Made by a program: the position numbers and the translations under genes
Notes under the pieces: model-generated
Told to the model about the DNA's origin: nothing
Databases searched by the model: none
The model's input: the letters and a program-made list of their open reading frames with translations, nothing else
Shown: positions 9,372-19,011 of the stretch, piece after piece
How positions within the stretch are numbered: the first letter of the stretch is position 1
Layout of the letters: each line of letters opens with the position of its first letter
NCBI GenBank assembly: GCA_047947115.1
Contig: CP170459.1
Location: 4,480,001-4,544,000, forward strand
From: Verrucomicrobiota bacterium
GTDB lineage: Bacteria > Verrucomicrobiota > Verrucomicrobiia > Limisphaerales > AAA164-E04
Length of the DNA stretch: 64,000 nt
Direction: 5' to 3'

Positions 9372-10381
9372 CCGAAGCACGTATCAGAGAAATCCTTGAC
9401 GGATACGAACGACTCCGCATTGCGATCGTGGGGGATTTCTGTCTGGATCGATATTTTGAAATCGACCCGACCCGCAAGGAAGTTTCCATAGAAACCGATC
9501 TGGAAGTTTACAACGTCACCCGGGTGCGCACCCAACCCGGAGCCGCGGGAACCATCCTGAACAATCTGGTTGCCCTGGGTATTCCTGAGATACACACCAT
9601 AGGGTTCTGTGGAGCGGATGGTGAGGGGTGGTTGCTGAAACAGGCTCTCGGAAATTTACCGGGTGTCCACACCCGTCATTTTCTGGAAACAGATCTGCGG
9701 CACACATTCACCTATTCAAAACCATTGATCATTGAAGAAGGAAAAACACCCAGAGAGCTCAATCGTTTGGATATCAAGAACTGGACCCCTACTCCCCGTT
9801 CCATCTCCGAATCTCTGTGTGCGGGAATCGAAGCCATCGCCGAGAACGTGGACGCCATGATTGTCATGGATCAAGTGGACCTCGAGGACACGGGCGTCGT
9901 TACGCGTGAGGTACTGGATTGCCTGGGCAGTATTCAATCAAACCACCCCACCCTACCCATCATTGCCGATAGTCGGCGCAGCTTAAAATCCTATCCCAAC
10001 CTGACATTTAAAATGAATGCCGCCGAATTGTCACAATGGATTGGAGTTTCACAGCCGTTGAATCCTGACGAAACCCGCAACCATGCACAAAAAATGGCTC
10101 AACAAACAGGACATCCGGTTTATGTTTCCATGGCAGATCAAGGTATCGTAGGAGCAAGCGCATCCGGTGAACCAGTGCATGAACCCTCCCTTCCACTGAG
10201 GGGCCCTATCGACATTGTCGGCGCGGGTGATTCGGTCACGGCCAACCTATGCGCTGCATTGGCATCAGGCGCCACTCAACAGGAAGCCATGCGACTTGCC
10301 ATGCGGGCGGCTTCCTGCGTCATCCACCAATTGGGAACCACCGGTACCGCCACGTGTCAGGATTTGCTGACCCTCAAATAG
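9368..10381 (+). CDS. PfkB family carbohydrate kinase, HldE/RfaE kinase-domain-like
   Basis: VGDFCLDRY, PGAAG and DIVGAGD motifs. ATG at 9368 overlaps the upstream TGA. Confidence 0.85.
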   Translation: MTEARIREILDGYERLRIAIVGDFCLDRYFEIDPTRKEVSIETDLEVYNVTRVRTQPGAAGTILNNLVALGIPEIHTIGFCGADGEGWLLKQALGNLPGVHTRHFLETDLRHTFTYSKPLIIEEGKTPRELNRLDIKNWTPTPRSISESLCAGIEAIAENVDAMIVMDQVDLEDTGVVTREVLDCLGSIQSNHPTLPIIADSRRSLKSYPNLTFKMNAAELSQWIGVSQPLNPDETRNHAQKMAQQTGHPVYVSMADQGIVGASASGEPVHEPSLPLRGPIDIVGAGDSVTANLCAALASGATQQEAMRLAMRAASCVIHQLGTTGTATCQDLLTLK

Positions 10382-10458
10382 AAGTGAGCGTGGAGCCAAT
10401 GAGTGACGAAAGTTTTGGATCCCATCCCAGTTTTGATTTTCCATCAACGAACAAGAGA

Positions 10459-11016
10459 TTACAACGCATCCTCTTCTTCGCCTTCATCACACGCATCCAG
10501 AAAATGGTTTTCCAGAAAAGCACTCAATCTGGCTGACTGATCAAACAGCTCGTCCTTCGCCTGATTGATGCTTTCATCGGCGGTTAAATCCCAGGGTTGT
10601 GAAAGGATTTCTTCCGTGCGGAGAAACAAAGGCACATCCTCATCGTTGTTGCCCAGTTTGTTGAGTATGGCCTTGACTGCCTGCAAATGTTCAATGGCCT
10701 GTTGAATGGTGGAACAGCATTCGGTCTGGTCAATTTCCTGATTAACGAAACGTTGAATGAGGCGACAGTCGAAAGACGCGCACATGCTGGGTCGATTGTC
10801 ATAGATCCGGCAGTGGTTTTTGTCTTTCAGACAGGCGCAAGGTTGAACCAGGTAAGACTGCTGGTCGTGTTCCTCGAGTTCAACCCCCATGTCGCAAAGC
10901 GATTTACGCTCTTTGTCTCCCTGCAACTGGACATCCACAAACAGCACCCCGGAACAGCAAAGTCCGCATTCGGCACATATTTTCCGTATGTTCTCAGTAA
11001 GATCAGGTGTCGCCAT
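10459..11016 (-). CDS. YkgJ-family (CxxCxxCC) cysteine-cluster protein
   Basis: CAECGLCC ... PCACL ... CRIYDNRPSMCASFDC. Confidence 0.85.
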   Translation of the reverse strand: MATPDLTENIRKICAECGLCCSGVLFVDVQLQGDKERKSLCDMGVELEEHDQQSYLVQPCACLKDKNHCRIYDNRPSMCASFDCRLIQRFVNQEIDQTECCSTIQQAIEHLQAVKAILNKLGNNDEDVPLFLRTEEILSQPWDLTADESINQAKDELFDQSARLSAFLENHFLDACDEGEEEDAL

Positions 11017-11028
11017 ACGAACGAACCC

Positions 11029-12648
11029 CTATTCGTTGAATACTGGCTCCAGAAGCGGATTCCCATCCACATCAGTGTCCACTTCCTCTACCGTGATGGC
11101 ATGACGGTCAAACACCGAACCTTCATTCAGCGAAAGTTGGGCGAGGGCTTTGTTGTATTCTGCCAATGCATTGATCTCATTGGAGCGGGCGGCTGTCAGA
11201 TCACGCTGTAACTGCAGCACGATGAAGCTGGTACTCTTGCCCACCTCAAGCTTCTTCTGCTCGGCATCCAAAGCTGCTTCGGCAAATTCCCGTTCCTGGC
11301 GGGTTGCTTCGACACGCTGAATGTTGATCTTGGTCAAGGAAACCGCATTTTCAATATCCACCATGATTTGCTGCTCCATGCGCTTAAAATTCAGCTTGAG
11401 CTGTTCAGCCTGGGCCTTGGCAGTCTTGAGGCTGTAACGCTCCTGGCGACGGGTCAATGGCATGCTTAATTCAGCCCCGACAGACCAAACAGGATTGTCC
11501 CGCCCTGTGAATTGATCAAAAAGATCTCCATAACTTCCGTCTCGGGCCTGGGCGGAATACCCGATGCTGCCGATCAAGTCCAACTGAGGAAAAAGCTGAT
11601 TGCGCCTGAACTTGACCAGGATGCCCTGATTTTCCAATCCTTTGCGACGTTCCGCCAAATCGGGACGATTGTTCATCCCTTTGTGCCAGCTGTCCTGTAA
11701 ATCCGTCACGACCGGGACGGCACGCAGGCCCTCCGTAGGTTGGATGGTCACATTCATCCATGCCGTGTATTCGTCACTCAACAAGTTCTTGAGGTCGTTT
11801 TGACGCACCACCAGGGTTCGATTGGCACCGAGCAGATCGGCGCGCCTGGCGGCGACCTGGGATTCAGCCTGTTTCTCGTCCAGGGGAGCCATGGTGCCAA
11901 TTTCAACACGCTTCTTGTTTTCAGACAGAAGCCGTTCGGCCAGTTGCACTGCCTTCTCCTGCACTTTGACGTTTTCCTGAGCAAAGATCAGGTCGTAGTA
12001 GGCCAGTTCCACCTGGGTCAGGGTGTTCATGATCTGCCATTGCAACAAAAAATCTGACTGGGTCAACTGGTTCTTGGCCAACTTGATGTTCAGACGGGAA
12101 CCATCGATCCAAAAATTCTTCAACAAGGGCTGACGCAATTGAGAAAACGCTGCATTCCCTGAAAACTGATTGAAGGTAAAACCTGAATTGTTCACCTCGG
12201 TTTCAGACACCGAGGTCTGAAAGGAATACTGGGTGCCGGTTGGCAACAGCCCGGAAATGCCGGTGCTGTAATTGTCCGTATCACTCGATGAACCGGGAAT
12301 GGTACCGATGGTGGGATCGAATCGTCCGGGTTCCTGCCGATGAAACTGACGATAACTGAAAAAGAAATTCGGATCGTATGCCCCCTCTGAAACCTTCAGG
12401 TCATACAACGATAATTCAGGGTTCACCCGCTCAATCTGCACGGTCAAATTGTCTTGAAGGGCTATTTCAAAACAATCCTCCAATGAAAGTGAACGGGATT
12501 CCTGTTGTGCACTTAAACTGGCTTGCTGAGCAAAGGTAAACGGGATGGCCAACAAGGTGGCCGTCCAAAAGGGTATCGTCTTCATTATGAAAAGTTTCTT
12601 CATTCCGGTTTTATTCACTGGATATTTCAAAGGGGTAGTATGCATCAT
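11029..12648 (-). CDS. TolC/outer-membrane efflux family protein
   Basis: Signal peptide, LSLEDC..IALQDN, QPLL and coiled-coil OEP repeats. The true start is probably a downstream Met. Confidence 0.85.
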   Translation of the reverse strand: MMHTTPLKYPVNKTGMKKLFIMKTIPFWTATLLAIPFTFAQQASLSAQQESRSLSLEDCFEIALQDNLTVQIERVNPELSLYDLKVSEGAYDPNFFFSYRQFHRQEPGRFDPTIGTIPGSSSDTDNYSTGISGLLPTGTQYSFQTSVSETEVNNSGFTFNQFSGNAAFSQLRQPLLKNFWIDGSRLNIKLAKNQLTQSDFLLQWQIMNTLTQVELAYYDLIFAQENVKVQEKAVQLAERLLSENKKRVEIGTMAPLDEKQAESQVAARRADLLGANRTLVVRQNDLKNLLSDEYTAWMNVTIQPTEGLRAVPVVTDLQDSWHKGMNNRPDLAERRKGLENQGILVKFRRNQLFPQLDLIGSIGYSAQARDGSYGDLFDQFTGRDNPVWSVGAELSMPLTRRQERYSLKTAKAQAEQLKLNFKRMEQQIMVDIENAVSLTKINIQRVEATRQEREFAEAALDAEQKKLEVGKSTSFIVLQLQRDLTAARSNEINALAEYNKALAQLSLNEGSVFDRHAITVEEVDTDVDGNPLLEPVFNE

Positions 12649-12673
12649 TGAGGGAGATACTCAACGGTGATCT

Positions 12674-14464
12674 TCAATGGTATTCCTGAATGGGCTTGAC
12701 CGAGTATCCGTTTTTCTTCAAAGCCGCGATGGCGGCGGTGGCAGCTCGGGCGCTACTCAATGTGGTCATGATCGGAACCCTGCAATATACAGCGGTCGTT
12801 CGGATCTTGACCTCGTCCGCTCTGGGAGCCTGGCCGGAGGGTGTGTTGATCACCAGATCAATTTCACCATTCTTCAATAAATCAACTGTATTGGGACGTC
12901 CCTCGCTCAATTTTTTGATCTCCCTCACCTTCAACCCTGCCTGAGTCAGCACTTTCGACGTTCCTTCTGTGCAGATCAGCTCGAATCCCAATTCAGCCAG
13001 CTCTTTGGCAATATCCACGATCTTCTCCTTGTCCGACTGATTCACACTGATGAATACACGCCCTTCCAACGGCAGCGGCGCATGAGCCGCCATCTGGGAC
13101 TTTGCATAGGCCGTCCCGAGATCGGCATCCAAGCCCATGACTTCGCCTGTGGATTTCATCTCGGGTGATAACAGAATGTCCTGTCCGAAGAACTTGTTGA
13201 ACGGGAACACCGATTCTTTGATCGCCCAGTATTTCGGCCAGATCTCTTCGTTGAACCCAAGATCCTTCAGTTTTTCCCCAGCCATCACCTTGGCGGCCAG
13301 TTTGGCAAGCGGTACACCGATGGCTTTACTGACAAAAGGAACAGTTCGGGAAGCACGCGGGTTTACTTCCAGCACATAAACGACCTCATCCTTCACTGCA
13401 TACTGAACATTCATCAACCCTATCACCTTCAACTCCTTCGCCATGGCGTGAGTATATTCGCGAATCGTATCGATCACTTGTTGGCTGAGGGTGTGTGGTG
13501 GCAGCACCATGGCGGCGTCACCGCTGTGCACACCAGCGAACTCAATATGTTCGAGCATCCCGCCGACCACGATGGTTCCCTGCGCGGGATCTTCAAACAA
13601 TCCCACATCAGTGATGCAATCCACATCCACCTCCGTGGCGTCTTCCAGAAATTTGTCCACCAGGACCGGTCGTTCGGGAGAGGCTTCCACCGCGTAACGC
13701 ATATACTGCCTCAGCTCGGCATCCGAATAAACAATCTGCATGGCCCGCCCGCCCAAAACAAAACTAGGACGTACCAGCACGGGATACCCAAGCTCCTTGG
13801 AGGCTTCCAAAGCTTCTTCTTCGTTGACAGCCAACCCGTTGGATGGTTGCGGGATGTTCAATTTATGCAGCATCGCCGCAAAAAGTTTTCGATCCTCGGC
13901 GGTTTCAATGCTGTCCGGAGAGGTTCCGATGATGTTGACCCCGTTTTCACGCAAACCAATGGCAAGATTCAAAGGCGTTTGACCTCCAAATTGCACGATC
14001 GCCCCCCAGCATTTCTCACGATGATAGATGTGCAGCACATCTTCCAGAGTCAAAGGCTCGAAGAAAAGTTTATCACTCGTATCGTAGTCCGTTGAAACGG
14101 TTTCCGGGTTCGAGTTCACCATAATGGTCTCAAAACCGGCCTCCTTGAGCGCAAAGGAGGCATGCACACAGCAATAATCGAACTCAATTCCCTGCCCGAT
14201 ACGATTGGGTCCTCCACCAAGAATCATGACCTTGCGCGTGTCTGTGTCGACCACCTCATCATCGCCGCGATCATAGGTGGAATAAAAATAGGGCGTGTAA
14301 GCCTCAAATTCCGCGGCACAGGTATCAACCAGGCGATAACTGGGTATCAGTCCGTTCTGATGGCGGTATTCACGAATTTCCTGCTCCGTTTTTCCGGTCA
14401 GGTTGGCAATTTGTTTGTCCGAGAATCCGTATGATTTGGCTTTGGCGATTAATTCTAAATTCAT
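12674..14464 (-). CDS. carB: Carbamoyl-phosphate synthase large subunit, C-terminal half only (split carB)
   Basis: Starts at the oligomerisation region (AKSYGFSDKQIA). Contains VDTCAAEF, GGGPNRIGQGIEFDYCC, EVNPRASRTVPF and an MGS domain. 596 aa versus ~1070 for a full CarB. Confidence 0.9.
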   Translation of the reverse strand: MNLELIAKAKSYGFSDKQIANLTGKTEQEIREYRHQNGLIPSYRLVDTCAAEFEAYTPYFYSTYDRGDDEVVDTDTRKVMILGGGPNRIGQGIEFDYCCVHASFALKEAGFETIMVNSNPETVSTDYDTSDKLFFEPLTLEDVLHIYHREKCWGAIVQFGGQTPLNLAIGLRENGVNIIGTSPDSIETAEDRKLFAAMLHKLNIPQPSNGLAVNEEEALEASKELGYPVLVRPSFVLGGRAMQIVYSDAELRQYMRYAVEASPERPVLVDKFLEDATEVDVDCITDVGLFEDPAQGTIVVGGMLEHIEFAGVHSGDAAMVLPPHTLSQQVIDTIREYTHAMAKELKVIGLMNVQYAVKDEVVYVLEVNPRASRTVPFVSKAIGVPLAKLAAKVMAGEKLKDLGFNEEIWPKYWAIKESVFPFNKFFGQDILLSPEMKSTGEVMGLDADLGTAYAKSQMAAHAPLPLEGRVFISVNQSDKEKIVDIAKELAELGFELICTEGTSKVLTQAGLKVREIKKLSEGRPNTVDLLKNGEIDLVINTPSGQAPRADEVKIRTTAVYCRVPIMTTLSSARAATAAIAALKKNGYSVKPIQEYH

Positions 14465-14653
14465 GTCTTCCTGAAGTCACCCTTTTGGAAGGTTAGTTAA
14501 AACGAGCAACGCACCGAAAGCAAGTACAGGCCGAAAAAGTCTTTAAAAAAGAAATCTCAACCACCCTCCCCACCCAAAACGCGCAAACAAAATCTGGAAA
14601 GCCCCCATCAAATCACTTGCCGCTCGGAACCACCTATCAATCCAGAAATTGAG

Positions 14654-14686
14654 AAAAAGGTCAGGCGATCGGTTCGCCTGACCTTT
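14654..14686 (-). terminator. Intrinsic terminator downstream of the DUF2202 locus
   Basis: 13-bp perfect stem AAAGGTCAGGCGA/TCGCCTGACCTTT with a T-run on the minus strand. Confidence 0.75.
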
Positions 14687-14899
14687 GAGCGTGCTGTTTT
14701 CAGCAAATGATCAACGTCCGTTCCTGCGATTTTGTCCCCTCTCCTGGCCGTTTCCTTTTCCTCCCCTTTGGGGGATGGCTTGTGAAGATTCACATCCACC
14801 ATTGCATCCGCCTATCTGATTCCTGCCGCCCTGCCCCCGACCCTGCTGCACCCCGCGCTCACATTCACCGGCACAAGCGGCATCCGTGCCTGTTTTTCC

Positions 14900-15562
14900 T
14901 TACCCCCCTCGTTCAGCAGGGGTGAATACGATCGCATCATATACCTCTTGTCCAATGAATTGCGGTTCGTATACATCACCAGCCCGAAGGATCAGATTAT
15001 GGAAAGCCCGCAGGTGATTGCGCGAACCGCGCATCAAGTTTTCATAAACAGCCGCAACATCCTCATGTGTCGTACGATCCATGGCATCCATCAGATACCG
15101 AATGTCCAGTTCCTCAATCAGAGCACCCATTTTGCAGGCATCCAGAGCGGAAGTGCCACCTTTGGCGACGATTTCCTTATAGAGAGTTGCCAGTTCCACG
15201 TTTTGGAAGACACCCACTTCATCCTTGGTCACCGGATCAACCAAACCATATCGATCCAACAATCCCTTCAATGATTCCATGTGGCGTTGTTCTGATAAGG
15301 CAATATTGCCAAAAGCCTGAATGTTCCATCTATCTTGAAGCGTCAGATAGACATCACGAGCCAACTTTTCCTCCTCGCGCATATAAACAAGATCTTCCGA
15401 TTCCTGCATTGTCAAAGCAGCTGAAGGTGCTGTCATTGGATGAGTTTGCCTTGCTCCCCGGTTGCCGCCTCTCTGTTTTCCCCACCCCTGTGCTTCCAGA
15501 GTGTTTCCTATGATTACCAGACCGATTACTAAAGCGATGGCTTGCGTTTTGTTTGTTTTCAT
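14900..15562 (-). CDS. Secreted DUF2202 ferritin-like protein (probably truncated by a premature TAA; frame stays open to 14711)
   Basis: MREEEKLARDVY, SEQRHM, IEELDI and GSRNHLRAF motifs. A Gly/Gln/Arg-rich in-frame continuation follows the stop. Confidence 0.85.
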   Translation of the reverse strand: MKTNKTQAIALVIGLVIIGNTLEAQGWGKQRGGNRGARQTHPMTAPSAALTMQESEDLVYMREEEKLARDVYLTLQDRWNIQAFGNIALSEQRHMESLKGLLDRYGLVDPVTKDEVGVFQNVELATLYKEIVAKGGTSALDACKMGALIEELDIRYLMDAMDRTTHEDVAAVYENLMRGSRNHLRAFHNLILRAGDVYEPQFIGQEVYDAIVFTPAERGG

Positions 15563-15781
15563 AATTTTCCTTTCTTAGATGTTTCAACGACTTTGTTGTT
15601 CTTCGGAAATCCTTTCTGCCCTTCCAATGAACTAGACGCCCCACAAGTAAAGGGTTTGTTTGGAAACGGATGTTTTTTTGTAAAGGATTCGTAAATGTCA
15701 TCGACCAACCCAGAATTTTTAAGAAAGATGCTCCCAAAGCCAAAAAGCAAATAACACCGGCACCGAATCATACTGCCAGAA

Positions 15782-16217
15782 ATGGCCCCACAGCCCATGC
15801 CGCCAACAGACAATAAAAACACGCTGACACGTCTGTTAATCATAGATGATGACGTCAAATTTTGCCGCTTGATCTCAGACTACCTGGCCCCCATGGGTTA
15901 CTCGGTTGAAAGCGTGCATACAGGCCCGGAAGGCGTGGACCAGGCCATCTCAGGGGACTACCGGGCCATCATTCTGGATGTCATGTTGCCGGGCATGGAT
16001 GGATTTGAGGTACTGAAACATATCAGGCAGCAATCGTCCGGCCACCGCTCGGGAAAGATCCAGTGGCGGGGCGGGTTTGGGATTATCGATCGTAAAAACC
16101 GGCATCGAAGCATGCGCCGGATCCGTCACCTGCGCCAACCTCAAGCCTCGCGGCTTCGAGGTGCGAGTAGAACTCCCTGTCTATGATGGCGATGAAGCTA
16201 CACCACCATTAGCATGA
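15782..16217 (+). pseudogene. Deletion scar of an OmpR/CpxR-like response regulator fused out of frame to the last ~60 codons of a sensor histidine kinase
   Basis: The receiver domain (LLIIDDD...LDVMLPGMDGFEVL) stops at ~16034 without the conserved T/K residues or a wHTH. Another frame from 16035 reads RPATARERSSGGAGLGLSIVKTGIEACAGSV...GFEVRVELP (HATPase G2 box), ending TGA at 16215-16217. Confidence 0.8.
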
Positions 16218-18809
16218 CCAGATAAGTTCGTTGTTCTGCGCATCAATGCGAATGGTGGAACCATGTTTGATCTTTCCCTCCAGCAGCTGCATGGCCAACG
16301 GATCCAGAATACGTTCCTGAATGGCCCGTTTCAGGGGACGAGCGCCAAATTGAGGGTCAAACCCTTCGCTTCCAAGGCATCGCTTCGCTTCGTTTGTCAG
16401 TTCCAGGGTGAGTTTTTGTGCGTCCAGTCTTTTGGACAGGATCTGGAGTTGAAAATCAACAATGATTGCCAGATCTTCCTCGCTCAAACTGTGGAAAACA
16501 ATGGTGTCATCCAAACGATTGAGAAATTCGGGCCGGAAATGTCGTTTCATCTCTTCCTGAATCCGCAGTTCCAGTTTGGCAACCGCTTGCGCGTCCTCTC
16601 GGTCGCCTTGAGCATAGAATTCCTGAATCAATGGTGACCCGATGTTGCTCGTCAATATGATCACCGTATTCTTGAAATCCACCTGCCGGCCCTGTCCGTC
16701 CGTCAATCGCCCGTCATCGAGCACCTGCAAAAGGATATTGAAAACATCCGGATGTGCCTTCTCTATTTCATCAAACAACACAACCGAGTAAGGCCTCCGA
16801 CGTACCGTCTCCGTTAATTGTCCACCTTCTTCAAATCCCACGTATCCAGGAGGAGCTCCAATCAGGCGGGCCACGGCATGCTTCTCCATGTATTCGGTCA
16901 TGTCAATGCGGACCATGGATTGCTCGTCGTCAAACAAAAACTCCGCCAGCGCACGAGCCATTTCTGTTTTTCCCACACCAGTCGGCCCGAGAAAAATGAA
17001 AGAACCGACGGGACGATCGGGGTCCTGCAATCCACTCCGGGCTCTTCTCACCGCATTGGAAACGGCCTTCACCGCTTCCTCCTGCCCGACGACGCGTTGG
17101 TGCAGACGCGATTCCATGTGAACCAGTTTTTCACGCTCGGATTCTAGCATTTTGCTGACTGGGACACCCGTCCAGGAAGCCACAACCTGTGCGATGTCTT
17201 CGTCGGTAACTTCTTCGTTCAGAATCTTGCTGTGATCATGCTGTTCTTTGAGTGCTTGTTCCGCTTTGCTCAACTGATCTTCGAGCTTGGGGATCTGGCC
17301 GTATTTGATTTGAGCGGCCTCGTGAAGATCTCCTTCGCGTTCCGCTTTTTCCATGGCCAAACGGGCTTCTTCCAGTTGGCTGTTGATCAAGCTGGCGGCG
17401 TTGATGGCGGCTTTCTCATTCTGCCATTGGGCTTTGAGTTCGGAAGCGGATTCTTTCAGGTTGGCCAGTTCTTGTTCAATCTTTGCAAGTCGATCGATGG
17501 ACGCTTGGTCTTTTTCCTTCTTCAGAGCTGTCTGTTCAATCTCCAATTGCATGATCTGGCGCTCAAGCTGATCGATTTCGGTCGGCATGGAATCCAGTTC
17601 AATGCGGAGTCTGGATGCCGCTTCATCCATCAGGTCAACCGCCTTGTCCGGCAGGAATCGATCGGAGATATAACGGTCGGACAGGGTCGCTGCAGCCACG
17701 AGTGCCGCATCCTGAATACGAATGCCGTGATGGTTTTCATACCGTTCCTTCAATCCCCGCAAAATGGCAATGGTCGCTTCAACCGTGGGTTCCTGAACGG
17801 AAACAGGTTGAAATCGCCTTTCAAGCGCCGGGTCTTTCTCAATGTATTTACGGTATTCATCCAGGGTTGTTGCACCGATACACCGCAGTTCTCCACGTGC
17901 CAACTGGGGTTTCAACATGTTGGCGGCATCGGCCGATCCTTCGGTTTTGCCCGCACCAACGATGGTATGAAGTTCATCGATGAACAATATGATTTTGCCG
18001 TCACTGGAGGTCACTTCCTTTAGAAATGCCTTCAACCGGTCTTCAAATTCTCCACGGTATTTGGCTCCAGCAATCATCGCCCCGATGTCCATGGACACCA
18101 GCTTTTTGTTCTTGAGTGATTCGGGGACATCCCCACTGATAATGCGGCGAGCCAGGCCTTCCACTATGGCTGTCTTACCGACCCCGGGCTCACCGATCAG
18201 GACCGGATTGTTCTTGGTGCGTCTCGAAAGCACCTGCATCACACGACGGATCTCTTCGTCGCGACCGATCACCGGATCGATCTTTCCGGCGCGCGCCAAA
18301 GCGGTCAAATCCTTGCCATACTTCTCAAGGGCCTTGTATTTGTCCTCGGGATTCTGATCCGTCACACGCTGGTTTCCCCGCAAATCCACCAGGGCCTTCA
18401 TTACGGGATCACGCTGGATACCCCTTTGCTTGAAATACTCCTTTAGAGTGGGTCCAGACTCCTGAACGATACCAAGCAACAAATGTTCGGTACTGGTGTA
18501 TTCATCTTTCAACTGCCGGGTTTCCGCCTCGGCCTTGTCAAAGGCTTTGCGAAGGGCCTGGCTCAGGTAAAGATCCGACGCCCCCTGCACCCGGGCCCTG
18601 CGTTCCAGCGCCTGCTCCAGCTGCTGCCTCAACGAAGTAGACGACTCACCCAGCTTCGTCAGCACGGAAAGCACCAGACTGTCCTCCTGATTCAGCAGCG
18701 CCAGAAGCAAATGCTCGCAATCAATCTCTTGATGCCCGCGGTCCTTAGCCAGTGACTGCATGTTCTGGACGGCTTCCTGCGCCTTAATGGTATATTTATC
18801 CAATTGCAT
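16209..18809 (-). CDS. clpB: ATP-dependent chaperone ClpB
   Basis: Two AAA+ modules ([16 protein letters not shown]), coiled-coil M domain, 866 aa. Confidence 0.97.
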   Translation of the reverse strand: MQLDKYTIKAQEAVQNMQSLAKDRGHQEIDCEHLLLALLNQEDSLVLSVLTKLGESSTSLRQQLEQALERRARVQGASDLYLSQALRKAFDKAEAETRQLKDEYTSTEHLLLGIVQESGPTLKEYFKQRGIQRDPVMKALVDLRGNQRVTDQNPEDKYKALEKYGKDLTALARAGKIDPVIGRDEEIRRVMQVLSRRTKNNPVLIGEPGVGKTAIVEGLARRIISGDVPESLKNKKLVSMDIGAMIAGAKYRGEFEDRLKAFLKEVTSSDGKIILFIDELHTIVGAGKTEGSADAANMLKPQLARGELRCIGATTLDEYRKYIEKDPALERRFQPVSVQEPTVEATIAILRGLKERYENHHGIRIQDAALVAAATLSDRYISDRFLPDKAVDLMDEAASRLRIELDSMPTEIDQLERQIMQLEIEQTALKKEKDQASIDRLAKIEQELANLKESASELKAQWQNEKAAINAASLINSQLEEARLAMEKAEREGDLHEAAQIKYGQIPKLEDQLSKAEQALKEQHDHSKILNEEVTDEDIAQVVASWTGVPVSKMLESEREKLVHMESRLHQRVVGQEEAVKAVSNAVRRARSGLQDPDRPVGSFIFLGPTGVGKTEMARALAEFLFDDEQSMVRIDMTEYMEKHAVARLIGAPPGYVGFEEGGQLTETVRRRPYSVVLFDEIEKAHPDVFNILLQVLDDGRLTDGQGRQVDFKNTVIILTSNIGSPLIQEFYAQGDREDAQAVAKLELRIQEEMKRHFRPEFLNRLDDTIVFHSLSEEDLAIIVDFQLQILSKRLDAQKLTLELTNEAKRCLGSEGFDPQFGARPLKRAIQERILDPLAMQLLEGKIKHGSTIRIDAQNNELIWSC

Positions 18810-19011
18810 GTTCGATCTCGCTGATTACGGTGATCATTCTGTCATGGAGAAAGTTGATATTTACCCTGCTTGTTCCCCAACTGAAACATATGCCTGATTG
18901 TGAAACGGTCAAAGGTCTTTTTAAAAGTTTTGGCATTTGAGTTTGATGGATCCCGATGGCACACTGACCGGGCTTTTTGGATGGCAGCACAAGAGAAGCC
19001 ATTGAAGTTGC

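Noticed and set aside
14780..14795. TTGTGAAGATTCACAT as a Rex operator
   Set aside because: Spacing is shorter than TTGTGAA-N4-TTCACAA and it lies in a probable former coding region.
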